Counted from the first letter of the stretch, positions 1 through 10,481 are shown. The stretch is DNA of 64,000 bases from Acidobacteriota bacterium (GCA_040755995.1 JBFMAF010000032.1:129306-193305), one strand, 5' to 3'. The notes: a model not told the origin generated them from the sequence alone. Numbers and translations: made by a program.

Positions 1-2
1 CG

Positions 3-596
3 CCCGCCCATGGAGCACTCGAGCACGGCAGACACCTCCCGTCCGCCGGCCCCAATTTCCGGGCCTATTCGCGGCTCGGCGCCTTGCTCGGCCGCAATAG
101 TGTTCACGCGGTTGTGCGGATTGTCGTGCTGGATGCATACGCGGGCCTGGCCGCCCAACGCCCCGACCTCACCTTCGTCTATGGCGAGACCGGATGGCCC
201 CATGGGGGCCCTTTTCCACCTCACAAGACGCACCAGAATGGGCTGTCCGTGGATTTCATGGTGCCAGTGCGCGACGGAAACGACCGGCCCGTTCCTCTCC
301 CTACCTTTCCCTGGACGCGGTTCGGGTATGACCTCAACTTCGACGAGAAAGGGCGCCTCGGGGACCTGCGTATCGACTTCGAGGCGATGGGCGAGCACCT
401 GGCCGCCTTGGACGCCGCCGCCCGAGCCCATGGCACTCGCATCGAGCTCTTCATCCTGGCGCCCGAGCTGCAACCGTTCCTTTGGCAGACGCCGGCCGGC
501 CGGGCGCTCCAAGGCCGCTTCCCCGTCATGATGACGCCCGCCTGGGTCCGCCACGACGAGCACTATCACGTCGACTTCGCCAACCCGGACGGTTGA
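3..596 (+). CDS. Penicillin-insensitive murein endopeptidase (MepA-like, LAS-type zinc peptidase), 5'-truncated by the window edge
   Basis: Frame is open from base 3 (PAHGALEHGRHLP...). Contains GGPFPPHKTHQNGLSVDF (H-x6-D) and C-terminal HDEHYHVDF (HxH), typical of MepA-family peptidases. Confidence 0.75.
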   Translation, partial: PAHGALEHGRHLPSAGPNFRAYSRLGALLGRNSVHAVVRIVVLDAYAGLAAQRPDLTFVYGETGWPHGGPFPPHKTHQNGLSVDFMVPVRDGNDRPVPLPTFPWTRFGYDLNFDEKGRLGDLRIDFEAMGEHLAALDAAARAHGTRIELFILAPELQPFLWQTPAGRALQGRFPVMMTPAWVRHDEHYHVDFANPDG

Positions 597-604
597 GCAG
601 CCGT

Positions 605-635
605 CTCGGCATCGATCGCCGGGACCGATGCCGAG
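605..635. terminator. Hairpin between convergent genes, possible terminator
   Basis: Perfect 10-bp inverted repeat CTCGGCATCG / CGATGCCGAG with an 11-nt loop just after the stop at 596. No U-tract. Confidence 0.4.
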
Positions 636-682
636 TGACTTCGGGTAGCCGAGCAACGACCTCCTTGCACCGTTACTACGGG

Positions 683-1204
683 CTACGCTCTTCGACGATG
701 CGTCGCATCTGCGATGATCCGCAACATCAGCTCTCGAAAAGACCTGGCGAGCTCGGCGACCTCTCGAAGCCGATGGTGACAAAGGATCTGCTCATGATCG
801 AGCTGGACGACACGACAGTCTCCACCTTTGCGACGACTCCGTAGATCAAAACAGACCGGATCGTAGTTTGTGCCTGATCCCTTGCTGAACTGGATGAAGC
901 CGCCGGGAACCAAGCACTCTACCAGGGCTTTGTCGCGGAACATCTCCTCGGCCAGCCCTGCGAAATCGGAACCACCAGGATTGGCGAGCAGCCTGAAGTG
1001 TCCAAGCTCGACTTCTTCTTCCCACCGGTATGACAAGATCAGCTGCTCATACAGCGGCGGGAAACGCCCGGGCAAGCGGGCGTACAAAGGCGACAGCCAC
1101 GACCGCTCGGAGGCAACGTGTGGCGCATGAACTTGCCCAAGAAGAGGGAACATGTTGACGAAATCCGTGACCAACTGCACCTCTCGAATCTTTCGCCTAG
1201 TCAC
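683..1204 (-). CDS. SMI1/KNR4 (SUKH)-like putative immunity protein
   Basis: 173 aa. LPGRFPPLYEQL near the N-terminus, then FIQF...YDPVCFDL...VVQLDHE...LARSFRELM, which follows the SUKH pattern. Confidence 0.55.
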   Translation of the reverse strand: MTRRKIREVQLVTDFVNMFPLLGQVHAPHVASERSWLSPLYARLPGRFPPLYEQLILSYRWEEEVELGHFRLLANPGGSDFAGLAEEMFRDKALVECLVPGGFIQFSKGSGTNYDPVCFDLRSRRKGGDCRVVQLDHEQILCHHRLREVAELARSFRELMLRIIADATHRRRA

Positions 1205-1257
1205 GATCGAGGGATACCCCCACCAGCTTTCCGACTTTAGCGCCGAATCCCGTGTCC

Positions 1258-1656
1258 TCAGTCATCGTAGACTGGCTGTTCGAACTCCTGTCCGTCCATC
1301 TCGTAGAGGAGTGCGGTTCCCCGCGGGGCCTGAAGGCGGGCCAGCTCGCGCCGCAGCAATGCGAGACCTTCAACTGGCTCGTAGATGTCTATGTCTATGC
1401 CGCAGAACACGATCCGGCGTCGGCCCTCCTCGTCAGGATCGGATAGCTGCGACCCGCCCCCGGTGATCTCACCCAGACCTGCTCTCTCCAGCGATTCCTG
1501 AAGCGGGTCTTCGAACCTCGCGCCTCGATCAAGGGGCTCTATGTGCGCCGGCAATCTCACGTAGACGAAGAGTGGGTTTGTGCGTCCCATCGGAGGGCTG
1601 ACTCCGCAGGGCCTGGGGATCCCCAACCAGCCCTTGAGATCCTTTAAGAAGCCCAT
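1258..1656 (-). CDS. Hypothetical protein
   Basis: 132-aa ORF with protein-like composition (FEDPLQESLERAGLGEITGGGSQL...CGIDID) and GGAG upstream. Confidence 0.65.
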   Translation of the reverse strand: MGFLKDLKGWLGIPRPCGVSPPMGRTNPLFVYVRLPAHIEPLDRGARFEDPLQESLERAGLGEITGGGSQLSDPDEEGRRRIVFCGIDIDIYEPVEGLALLRRELARLQAPRGTALLYEMDGQEFEQPVYDD

Positions 1657-1929
1657 TCTTCACTCCGAGCCACGGTACGTCGAACAGTGCCCGCGCCCCA
1701 ATACCAGACCACGCAATAGCCCTCCCAGAGAGCCTAGAACATCGTCTTGGGAGGTGCAACTGCGAAATCGTCGCACCGTCGAGTCAGGGCGCGGCCTGAC
1801 AGCCTGAAAGCCCGATGGCGATCCTGCCCCTTGAGGCGTCGTTCGAATCCAGGCTAGACTCCGGGATGATGCCTCGTTACCCGTCCCGCTCGCCGACGGA
1901 GCGATGGCCTGCCGATTCTTCCATCGAGA

Positions 1930-2895
1930 ATGGCGGGAGCACGCTGGAGCGCCATCGCTGTATGGATGGCGGTGGCGCTCGTCTGCAGTTCCAGCCGGCC
2001 CGCAGCGACGGCCGAGCCTGGCACGGACTGGACGGGACGCTACCGGGCCGGGGAGTCGGCGCCGCCGGCGATGTTCATGGATTACACGATCGACGTCTTC
2101 CGGGACCGAGAGGGTGTGTGCCGCGCGCTCGTCGCTGCCGACGGCTACATGACCTACCGCAGGCTCGTCGCGCGTGGCGAGGCGGACGGCAGCGTCCTGC
2201 GCCTCCGCTTCGTGCGCTTTCGCTCCGATGACATGCTCCACGCCTCCACCGGGTATCAGACCGACGACGAGCTCCTGGTGATCGAGCGGCGCGACGACGG
2301 AGCGTTCCGGCTCCGGTTCGGACCGGGAGGCTCCTCTCTGAACAACGGGAGGACCTTCGATGCCACACGGCTTCCCATACCTTCGTGGGGTGGGCGATAC
2401 TCGTTCCGGCATTGTGAGGGCGAGGGCTCTGGCGCAACCGCCCGATGCTGGAGCTACGCCATCGAAGTATCCCTCGGCGAAGAGGGTTGGTCGGGGAGCA
2501 TCCGTACCGAGTGCCCCGACCGAAGCGAGACGCTCACGGCGCGCGGAGAGGAGGGCGAGGAGGCGTCGCTCGGAAAGTACCTCGCGCTCTATCGCACGAG
2601 CGCCGATGGCGGCTCCTCGACGATCGACGTCGAGCTGTTGAGGCTGGTCAAGAGTCGCGACGGCTCAGTCCAGCTCGTGTTCCGCGGACTGGCAGGACCT
2701 CCGGGCTTCTCAGAGGCCGAGGCAACCATCGAGCGGCCCGAGGGAGAGCAGAGCCGCGAACGCGGTCGACCAGGCTTCACGTCGCCTCCTGAAGTGGCGG
2801 AATGTTCTTCGCCCCTTGGGCCTCGATGGCCGGCAAGCACCCGCAGGGATGTCCCAACCATGCCGCTCGGATGTCGGGCTTCCGAGCTACTCTGA
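1930..2895 (+). CDS. Secreted hypothetical protein with two similar beta-rich segments
   Basis: N-terminal hydrophobic signal. The pattern W-x-G-R-Y ... Y-x-I-x-V occurs twice (WTGRY..YTIDV; WGGRY..YAIEV). The C-terminal ~50 aa look like run-on sequence. Confidence 0.55.
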   Translation: MAGARWSAIAVWMAVALVCSSSRPAATAEPGTDWTGRYRAGESAPPAMFMDYTIDVFRDREGVCRALVAADGYMTYRRLVARGEADGSVLRLRFVRFRSDDMLHASTGYQTDDELLVIERRDDGAFRLRFGPGGSSLNNGRTFDATRLPIPSWGGRYSFRHCEGEGSGATARCWSYAIEVSLGEEGWSGSIRTECPDRSETLTARGEEGEEASLGKYLALYRTSADGGSSTIDVELLRLVKSRDGSVQLVFRGLAGPPGFSEAEATIERPEGEQSRERGRPGFTSPPEVAECSSPLGPRWPASTRRDVPTMPLGCRASELL

Positions 2896-2965
2896 AGACT
2901 TTTCGGTCTCAGAGCTTCCGAGTAGAATGCAGAGCTGGACGCATCGAGGAAATCCTCCGGTAACC

Positions 2966-3040
2966 GAAGGGAGAACACTGGAATTCAGGCGCGAATTGCC
3001 CTTCGAGCTCCTGAGTCGAGAAGTGTGCACGTTGGAGAAT
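2966..3040 (+). pseudogene. Remnant of a Schlafen/AlbA_2-domain gene
   Basis: Translates to EGRTLEFRRELPFELLSREVCTLEN, resembling the AlbA_2 N-terminal motif E-x3-(L/V)EFK...(L/I)xxxxxAFAN. There is no continuation. Confidence 0.4.
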
Positions 3041-3055
3041 CGTCCGCAAGTCGCC

Positions 3056-3084
3056 TTGACAACCACGATCGACGCTCCTAGACT
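3056..3084 (+). promoter_or_regulatory. Sigma70-type promoter of the PIN TA locus
   Basis: TTGACA-17 bp-TAGACT, followed by a GGAGG RBS before 3116. Confidence 0.6.
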
Positions 3085-3115
3085 CGACATGTGATTTCCT
3101 CGCGGGAGGCAGAAG

Positions 3116-3607
3116 GTGATGAACGCGCGTCAGCGGCTGTACTTGGACACATCTGTCCCAAGTGCGTACTTCGACTACTCGAAGCCCGTGAGGCAGTTGA
3201 TCACGCAGAAGTGGTTTGAGAACGAGGCGGGGCTCTTTCAGCTGTACATGTCGGTGATCACGGTAGAGGAAATCGAGAGATTGCAGAATCCGCTGAGGAG
3301 GGAGAACATCCGGGGGCTCCTGCTGGACCATCATGTGGATGTGCTCCAGGTGGATATGGAGGCGAGGGATCTGGCAGAGGAGTATGTCCGGCTGGGAGCC
3401 ATTCCACAGTCAGAACCAGAAGACGCTCTACATGTCGCGATCGCGTCGGTGAGCGGGATGGAAGGCTTCGCCTCGTGGAACTTCAAGCACATTGTGAGCG
3501 CCAATCCGATCCGAAAAGTCCACGAGATCAACAAGAAACGCAACCTTCCGCTGATCGAGATAGGCAGTATCGAGATTTTCGGGGGTTCGAAGTATGGCAA
3601 TCTGTGA
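3116..3607 (+). CDS. PIN-domain ribonuclease toxin (VapC-like)
   Basis: LYLDTSV, EE, EDALHVAIA and SWNFKH PIN motifs. Confidence 0.85.
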   Translation: MMNARQRLYLDTSVPSAYFDYSKPVRQLITQKWFENEAGLFQLYMSVITVEEIERLQNPLRRENIRGLLLDHHVDVLQVDMEARDLAEEYVRLGAIPQSEPEDALHVAIASVSGMEGFASWNFKHIVSANPIRKVHEINKKRNLPLIEIGSIEIFGGSKYGNL

Positions 3608-3779
3608 GAACGACTATCGCAGAAACGAGGACGAATCACAGTGGGAGATCCACGAGATCCGACGTGCCCTTTCAGAGGACTTTGAGGGCAAGACCGTGGA
3701 TCAGATCAACAGGGAGGCGATGCAGAAGTACCTGGCCTGGAAAGAACGCTCGGTCATCGCCAAGCCCGAAGGGGGATAG
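3594..3779 (+). CDS. Small protein, putative antitoxin encoded downstream of the PIN gene
   Basis: 61 aa, overlaps the PIN stop by 14 nt, charged and helical (WEIHEIRRALS). Confidence 0.55.
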   Translation: MAICENDYRRNEDESQWEIHEIRRALSEDFEGKTVDQINREAMQKYLAWKERSVIAKPEGG

Positions 3780-4204
3780 CGGTCGAATAGTGTCGCCCGC
3801 CGCGGTTCCGCCACCCGAGCACCTCTCGCCTGTACGTGCTTGACTTCGTCGGGGGACCACCCGGTTTCTGGATTGCCTTCCAGGAAACCGGCGTCATGAA
3901 TGCTCCGTTCGCGGCCGCACTCGCGCTGCTCGCGTTGGCAGGCTGGTATGCGGCTGACGTCATATCACGAGGTCTGGGCCCGAAGGGTGGGGTTTCAACG
4001 GGCGCGCTGCAACGGTAGGAAGTCAGCAGCGTCCGCTCCCGCGAAGACGCGGGCGACCCCCGCATGCTATGCCGAACGTTGGGCGGATCTCCTGCGGCAT
4101 AGGGACTGGCGTTCCTTATCGATATCAGTCAAGCACTGAGCCTCGACGCCAATCCTCATTCCGCCTCGCACATCAGGGACCGTGACACCGTCATGAGCGT
4201 CGGC

Positions 4205-7200
4205 TCATCGCTGCTTGATCTCGATCCTGTCTCCCGCCGAGTACGCCGTGAACTCCGGGGCGTACATGGACTGGAGGGTGGCGGGGGAGACTTTAAAGTG
4301 GCCGGTCATGCTCGCGCGGAGGCGGTACTTGAAGGTGTACTCGCCTTGCGGGAGATTCTCGAAGAAGAAGTTCTCGCCGCTGTCACGCACCTCTTCGTAG
4401 GTCACGATCCCGAGGTCCCACCGGTAGCCTGACTTCAGCGTCACTGGCTCGAAGCCGGCCGGACGCGGGTCGCGCAGGTGGACATATTCGCTGGGATGCT
4501 TTGTCCGGATCGATAGCTGCACCTCCACTTCGTCGCCGACGTGAATCGCGGTCCCTTCCTCCAGTGGGCGGAGCTCGAAGCCCTTGCCCGTGTTCTCACG
4601 CCTGAAATAGCGCCTCGTCACCGAGAAGAAGTCGCCGCGGGCCTCCGCCGGGAGCTCCTCGGTCGAGAAGTGCCATGTTGAAGATGCGAAGGCGAAGCCA
4701 GGAGTGTCCTTCGACACGGTGACGGTCGCGCACTCCTGCGCGTCGATTTTCTCGCCGGGCACTATGAGCTGGTTCTTCTTGCCGGTATAGACGTCGGGCT
4801 CGAACACCCACGTCGTGCTCTGCCCGCAGACGTCCACCGCCACGCGCTCGCGCACTCCCAGCGCGCCGGCGGCGTCGAGGTACCCAGCGAGCGAGTAGAT
4901 TACCTCGGCCGTGGCCCGAGTCGACTTCCAGTGGTTGAGCTTCTTGTTGAGGAAGAGCCACTGGACGAGCCCGTCGGAGCGGGAGTCGTCCGGGCGGAGC
5001 TCGCGGAGCGTCCGCAGCGCAAAGGCGTGCGTCTCGATCGTGTCGTTGTACCAGAGCCAGGCGCGGTCCTCGGGTGCCCAGAATGTGCCTTCGTCCCGCG
5101 TTGTCTTGGACGAGTCCATGACCGAATCGAAGACGAGCTTCGCGTCAGCAGCACGGTTCATCCGATGCAGAGTGAGCGCCAGCTGGCATTTCGAATACGG
5201 CGAGTGCTGCTTCCAGTGCTTGAAGCTGAAGTCGAGCATCTGCTTCCGCTCGGCATCGGTGAAAACGCCTCCGGTCCACGACGTGTCCGGATAGCATGAG
5301 AGAACATAGTTGAGGAAGGTCACGAACTCCCAGCAGCAGTCGTGCGCCATCATCATCTGCACGAGCTCGTCGATGTAGTGCCTGTGCATGTAGCTCCACG
5401 CGCGCACCACCATCTCCTTCGGAACCTCGACGTGGAACTCCAGCCCCTTCGAGAATCCATAGAGCAGGTAGAGCGTCATGTACGGAGACGGCGGGCCGCC
5501 CGGCCACCATGGGAAGGCTCCGATCGAAGTCTGCGCTTTCGCGAGCTTCGCCAGCGCCTCGTCGCGCTGCGCGCGAGCGATGCGCGGGTCGAGCACCTTG
5601 AGAAGGTCCGTCTCGGCCTCCCTGCCGCCCTTCGCCTCCTGCAGCCACGGCGTCTCCTCGAGCCCCATCTTGCGGTTGGGATCGAGTGAATCCCACGTCT
5701 CGAAGCGGGTCTCACGCTTGGACATCTCCAGCGCCATGCGCGCCACCGCGGGGTACTTGGAGAAGAGGCTGGATAGAATCCCGGTCGAGAGGAACCGGTT
5801 CAGCGTCTGCTCGGTGCATTCGTACGGGTAGTTCACTAGATAGGGCAGCGCCGAGAGGACGCCGTAGAAGAGCTGCGCGTCGACGGTGACCACGAGCTGC
5901 TCGTTTATTCGCGTCGGGTCGCCGCCCTTCAGCATGTCCTCGAAGACCATCTCGCGCCGGTCGTTCCCCTTGAGGGTCACGAAGCGCGATTGGGCGAGGT
6001 GCAGGCGCCCGGGCAGCACCGGCAGCGATCGGAGCTCGCCATCGCTGAAATCGCCGGAGACCGCCGTGACCTTGAAGGCCACAGGGCCCACCCGCGTCGG
6101 CGCGACGATCGGGAACGCGACGTTCGATCCGCCGCCCGCCGCCACCGTGAACGCTCTGGTCGAAGACGCGGCGCCCAGCCCAAACAGGACATTCAGGTTC
6201 TGATTGGTCTCGGGGTCGGTGATGTCCAGAGTCACCGCACCCTTCAGGGCCCCCTTCGACGCGTTGTTCACGACAACCTTCAGCTCGGCCCTGTCTCCCT
6301 CGCGCAGGAAGCGCGGCAGGTACGGTCGGACCATCAGGTCCTTCACCGTGCGTGCCTCGCAGTGAATCGACCCGGCCTTGAGATCGTTCGTCACAGCGTG
6401 CACCCAGACGTTCCAGGATGTGATCGAGTCGGGCACGGTGAATTCGAAGGCGGCTGAGCCGTCGGGGTTGGTGATCAGGTGCGGTTGCCAGAAGGCTGTC
6501 TCGGAGAAATCGCTCCTCAGCTCCGGCTGCTGGCCTGCAGGCTCGGCCGGCGTCGGGGCGCTGGTCTTCTTCTCGTCTTTCGCCTGATCCATCTCCAACC
6601 CGTTGGCCGCCACCTTTCCAGACTTCTCCTTGCTGCCAACGGACTGGCGCGCGACTGTAGGTTCTTCGACGGGTGCCGCGCCTGCTACGGCAAACCCCAT
6701 GCCGCGTCTGCCTGGGCCGCCGATCGCGTAGGAGTCGTAGAACCTGAGCGCGTCCGGAATCAGCGGCGGGCAGCTTGAAACGCATGCGAAGCACGAATCT
6801 TGGGCATACACTGGGTTGCCGAACCCAAGACTGGCGCGGCCTGAGACAGCGCCTGCCCGGTTCGGGTAAAGACTCAGCGGATTCGGAGGCGAGTGGGGGG
6901 CGAAAAGGTCGAGGCTCCGGTCGTACATATACGCCAGTAGCTCTGCGGCGGCCGCGCCCGAATTCCCCGGACCCTTCACAACAACCCGCCAGGTCTCCCT
7001 GGCGCGCGGACGCAGCAGGTCTCGGAACGAGGCGAACTGCACAGAGAGCTGCTTGTCGTCCCACGGCACGAACAACGGCTGCGACATCTGAATGAACTGG
7101 TGATCGCGCAGAAGCGTCAGGCGGACGGAGAATCCGCCGCGGTCGTTGCCGTTGACCGGGATCTCGATCAGGGAAGCGTCGCGCCCCGATTGCAGGAAGC

Positions 7201-10200
7201 GCCGTTCCTTCAACTCCCCGCCGCGGTATATCTCGAAGCAATACGCCTGCCCACGAAGTCCGGTATGCGCCAGGAACCGCGCGACGCCGCCCGCGGGTAC
7301 AGTGGATTTCTCCGCGATGAGCACCGCTGGCAGCGCGAGAGGCAGGCTCGACCCGGCCACGATGAACTCCTTCGAGGCCGTGCAGACGACTCCATCGTCA
7401 TCGGTCGTCTGGTACGAGATCCGGTAGGCGCCCGGATCGAGAACCGGCATTCGCACGACGGCGCGGCCGTTCTCGTCATGAGTCACATCGCCCTTCGACT
7501 TCTCATCGCCGTCGGCCCAGGTCCTGAGAACCGCCTCTGGGTTGTACTGGCTATCCCATCTCGGACGCACCAGATCGCCGGGTGTCGTGACCGCCTCGCT
7601 CTCTCCAGGGGCTCGCGTGATGGGCTGGTCGGCCGGCAGGAGCGCGCTCTCGGGCTGGCGTAGAGCGACGATTCTCCAGCGCCCCGATCCGGCGCGAGGG
7701 ACTCCATCCAGGTTCGATCGTGTCACTGTGAGCTCGCCGGGCTCGCCCTCTCGCACAAAGGCCGTCGCCAGATCGATGCGCGCCTGCACTGTAACGAAGC
7801 CCAGCATGAAAGAGCGGCTGGCGGAGCGCGTTTCGCCGCCCTCGTCGGTGACATCGGCTGTGATCGTGTAGCGGTACGTGATCTCTTTCGATACCGCAGC
7901 TTTTCGTTCATCCACCTCGGGCGTGAACGTCATCGTGAATGTTCCGTCCGGCTCCAGCTTTGCGACGCCTGCTGCAACCGTCCGCGCCGCTCTTGCAGAG
8001 CTCCACCACATCCACCACCACGGGTAGACCTCTTCGCGCATGACCCTGTACTTGACGCCGCCGTTGACGACGGGAAGGCCGAAGTAGTACCTGGCTTCGC
8101 CGGTGATCGTGGCGGGCTTGTTGAGACGCACCGCCACCCGGGCTTCCTTCACAGAGACCTCGAAGGTCGGCCGTTTGTATTCCTCGACTCTGATCGCGGC
8201 CAGCCCGGAAGGAGATGCGACGAGCCTCCACTGGCCGAGCAGCCGCCCGGGTGGAACCGGGAACTCGCCCGAGGCGCTCCCGGCCGCCCCCGTCGCCGCC
8301 GTCTTCGAATCGACCTCCTGGTTGTTCGCATCCAGCAGCCTGATGCTGACGGTTCGATTCGGCAGAGTTTCGAAGCGGTCTCCCGTCGCACTTCGGCGAT
8401 ATGCGACGACTTTCCACAAGATCTTCTGGAGCGGCCTGTAGACGGACCGATCTGTGTAGACGAGCGCGGCCTCGGACGCGGAACTCGCCGGGCGCTCGTA
8501 GAGGTACAGGTAGGATGAGTCGAGCGCGATATCGGAGCCGCTCCGGCCGAGCAAGAACAGCGGGCTCCCGTCAGTTCTCCGCACGGCTCGGAAAGAGGCA
8601 ACACCGTCCTTCCCTGTGCGACGCGTCTCCACCGCCAAATGGCCCTTCTGCCAGTCGTAGCGGTAGAGCGTCACGCTGGCCGATTCGACCGGCTGCCCGT
8701 CGGAGCCCCTCAGGGCCATGACTTCAACACCGCCATCAGCGTCGTTTCGCGTGACGAGAACCAGGTCGGTAAGGATGATATTCACGGCCTCGATCTTGTT
8801 TCGCTCTTGACCGAATCCGGGCCGCGCCGATGCGACAATCACGTAGAGGCCGGGATCGGTCATCGGCGGCGTCACGTACGTCTTGTGCTCGCGGTAGTCG
8901 GGAGTCGGGGGAAGCTGCACAGCCCATTCCGCGGCCGTACGACCGGTCTTCAGCAGCTCATCGATTTCCCGCCATTGCGGAAGCAGATTGTAGTCCTTCG
9001 CCGATTCGATGAGCTCTTCGAGATTCATCTTGTAGGCCCGGAAGAACAGGTTCTCGAAGTTCTTGTGGAGCACCAGAACGGACCGCTTTCCGGCCGCGTC
9101 GCTCGACATGCACTGCAGCTGGTACTCGGGCGCAACGATCGATTCGTGAATGCAGAGGCACTGCCGGCCGCCGACGTCGTCCGGATAGGCTTCCATGCCC
9201 TTTCGGGCCTCCGCGTCGGCCCGCACGAGAGCGTCCGGCGCGGTCTCCTCGCGGATGAACTGCGCGAGCACTGCCTGTCCCATGGCCCACCATGGGTACT
9301 TGCGGAAGTCGGGCAGGCGCCCGCGCAGATCGGCCTTGAGGAGCGCGCGATCTTCTTCCTCTGCGAATACCGCGTGCAGGACGCGCAGCCTTTCGAGGCG
9401 CGACTCGAGCGAAGCTTCGCGCCGCCCGGCCAGCGCGTGCCATGATTCGAGATCCGAGAGCACCCAGACGATTTTCACAACCGGGTGCGACGCGCGATCA
9501 GTCAGCAGCGAGTCCGGCTCCGCCGTCGACTCGATCAGCGCCCTCAGATTGAGGCGGTAGACGTCTTGTTTCTGTTCGACAGTCCAGAGGTCTTGCTGGG
9601 AGAGGAGCTGGCTGTAGAGGTAGCCGATCGCATCACGGAACGTGCTCCGAATGCCCTCCGGATAGTTGTTCTGCTGGATGAACTCTGAAAGCGCTCCGAC
9701 CGGCTCCGTCCCGAACTTCGCGCGTTCCTTCCAGACCTCGACGTACGCCTTCTGCGCTTCGTCGAAGATCTGTTCCACCGTCCAGGATTTCAGGTCGACG
9801 ATGCCCTGCGAGACGACCTTCTCGCGCTGGTTGATCTCCCAACCATAGGACTGGTAGTAGCTCACGAGGAGGTGGGCGTAGAAGAGGTTGAGCACGGCGC
9901 GCGACTTGGGTCCCTTCGGCCACGCCTGCTCTTTCAGGAACCGTACGGAAGTCTCGTACTCGTGGAGGCCCGAGCGGAGCTGCACTTCGCGGATGAGGGC
10001 ACGAGTCCAGTTGTCCTCGTCGCCCGATTTCTCCGCGGCGGCCCGGATCTTCTGCACCACCTCGAGCGCCTGCTGGAACTTCTGCTCCGAGATCAGCTTG
10101 TCGGCCTCCTTCCAGTCCACCTTGGCGGGAGTTTCACCAGGAACCGCCCCGCCCGTTGGCTTCGCCTCATCGGGCCTGTCGGCGCGAAGGTACTTGTACC

Positions 10201-10267
10201 CGACCGACAGGCTGCCGGCCACCACCAGCGCAACTGCCATTATCAATCCGGTTCTGGTAACTCTCAT
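4205..10267 (-). CDS. Bacterial alpha-2-macroglobulin family protein
   Basis: 2020 aa. N-terminal TM/signal, MG-domain motifs (TDRSVYRP, VEEYKRP, FSETAFW), intact thioester motif YPYECTEQ, C-terminal PATLQSMYAPEF. GAGGAGG RBS. Confidence 0.92.
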   Translation of the reverse strand: MRVTRTGLIMAVALVVAGSLSVGYKYLRADRPDEAKPTGGAVPGETPAKVDWKEADKLISEQKFQQALEVVQKIRAAAEKSGDEDNWTRALIREVQLRSGLHEYETSVRFLKEQAWPKGPKSRAVLNLFYAHLLVSYYQSYGWEINQREKVVSQGIVDLKSWTVEQIFDEAQKAYVEVWKERAKFGTEPVGALSEFIQQNNYPEGIRSTFRDAIGYLYSQLLSQQDLWTVEQKQDVYRLNLRALIESTAEPDSLLTDRASHPVVKIVWVLSDLESWHALAGRREASLESRLERLRVLHAVFAEEEDRALLKADLRGRLPDFRKYPWWAMGQAVLAQFIREETAPDALVRADAEARKGMEAYPDDVGGRQCLCIHESIVAPEYQLQCMSSDAAGKRSVLVLHKNFENLFFRAYKMNLEELIESAKDYNLLPQWREIDELLKTGRTAAEWAVQLPPTPDYREHKTYVTPPMTDPGLYVIVASARPGFGQERNKIEAVNIILTDLVLVTRNDADGGVEVMALRGSDGQPVESASVTLYRYDWQKGHLAVETRRTGKDGVASFRAVRRTDGSPLFLLGRSGSDIALDSSYLYLYERPASSASEAALVYTDRSVYRPLQKILWKVVAYRRSATGDRFETLPNRTVSIRLLDANNQEVDSKTAATGAAGSASGEFPVPPGRLLGQWRLVASPSGLAAIRVEEYKRPTFEVSVKEARVAVRLNKPATITGEARYYFGLPVVNGGVKYRVMREEVYPWWWMWWSSARAARTVAAGVAKLEPDGTFTMTFTPEVDERKAAVSKEITYRYTITADVTDEGGETRSASRSFMLGFVTVQARIDLATAFVREGEPGELTVTRSNLDGVPRAGSGRWRIVALRQPESALLPADQPITRAPGESEAVTTPGDLVRPRWDSQYNPEAVLRTWADGDEKSKGDVTHDENGRAVVRMPVLDPGAYRISYQTTDDDGVVCTASKEFIVAGSSLPLALPAVLIAEKSTVPAGGVARFLAHTGLRGQAYCFEIYRGGELKERRFLQSGRDASLIEIPVNGNDRGGFSVRLTLLRDHQFIQMSQPLFVPWDDKQLSVQFASFRDLLRPRARETWRVVVKGPGNSGAAAAELLAYMYDRSLDLFAPHSPPNPLSLYPNRAGAVSGRASLGFGNPVYAQDSCFACVSSCPPLIPDALRFYDSYAIGGPGRRGMGFAVAGAAPVEEPTVARQSVGSKEKSGKVAANGLEMDQAKDEKKTSAPTPAEPAGQQPELRSDFSETAFWQPHLITNPDGSAAFEFTVPDSITSWNVWVHAVTNDLKAGSIHCEARTVKDLMVRPYLPRFLREGDRAELKVVVNNASKGALKGAVTLDITDPETNQNLNVLFGLGAASSTRAFTVAAGGGSNVAFPIVAPTRVGPVAFKVTAVSGDFSDGELRSLPVLPGRLHLAQSRFVTLKGNDRREMVFEDMLKGGDPTRINEQLVVTVDAQLFYGVLSALPYLVNYPYECTEQTLNRFLSTGILSSLFSKYPAVARMALEMSKRETRFETWDSLDPNRKMGLEETPWLQEAKGGREAETDLLKVLDPRIARAQRDEALAKLAKAQTSIGAFPWWPGGPPSPYMTLYLLYGFSKGLEFHVEVPKEMVVRAWSYMHRHYIDELVQMMMAHDCCWEFVTFLNYVLSCYPDTSWTGGVFTDAERKQMLDFSFKHWKQHSPYSKCQLALTLHRMNRAADAKLVFDSVMDSSKTTRDEGTFWAPEDRAWLWYNDTIETHAFALRTLRELRPDDSRSDGLVQWLFLNKKLNHWKSTRATAEVIYSLAGYLDAAGALGVRERVAVDVCGQSTTWVFEPDVYTGKKNQLIVPGEKIDAQECATVTVSKDTPGFAFASSTWHFSTEELPAEARGDFFSVTRRYFRRENTGKGFELRPLEEGTAIHVGDEVEVQLSIRTKHPSEYVHLRDPRPAGFEPVTLKSGYRWDLGIVTYEEVRDSGENFFFENLPQGEYTFKYRLRASMTGHFKVSPATLQSMYAPEFTAYSAGDRIEIKQR

Positions 10268-10453
10268 GATCGCCTCCTCAAGACTCGTCCAGTCAGCTCA
10301 TCTCGCGTGGTGACCCGGTGCCAGTCCCGCTCCCGCCGGCTCCAGCCGCTCACGTACATCATCCCATCATAACGGAACAACGATCGAAATGGATTCGACG
10401 CTGCTCCTCCTGCGCCGGCATGCGGGCGATGCGGGCGCGCGAGTTTCATCGGT

Positions 10454-10481
10454 TTGAGGCCACGTTTCCCCGGGCTATAAT
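10454..10481 (+). promoter_or_regulatory. Putative sigma70 promoter of the radical SAM operon
   Basis: TTGAGG-16 bp-TATAAT upstream of the ATG at 10508. Confidence 0.4.

Noticed and set aside
3836..4140. Short ORF with a signal-like hydrophobic stretch
   Set aside because: Stops after ~40 codons with no family motif; may be a decayed gene but is unsupported.
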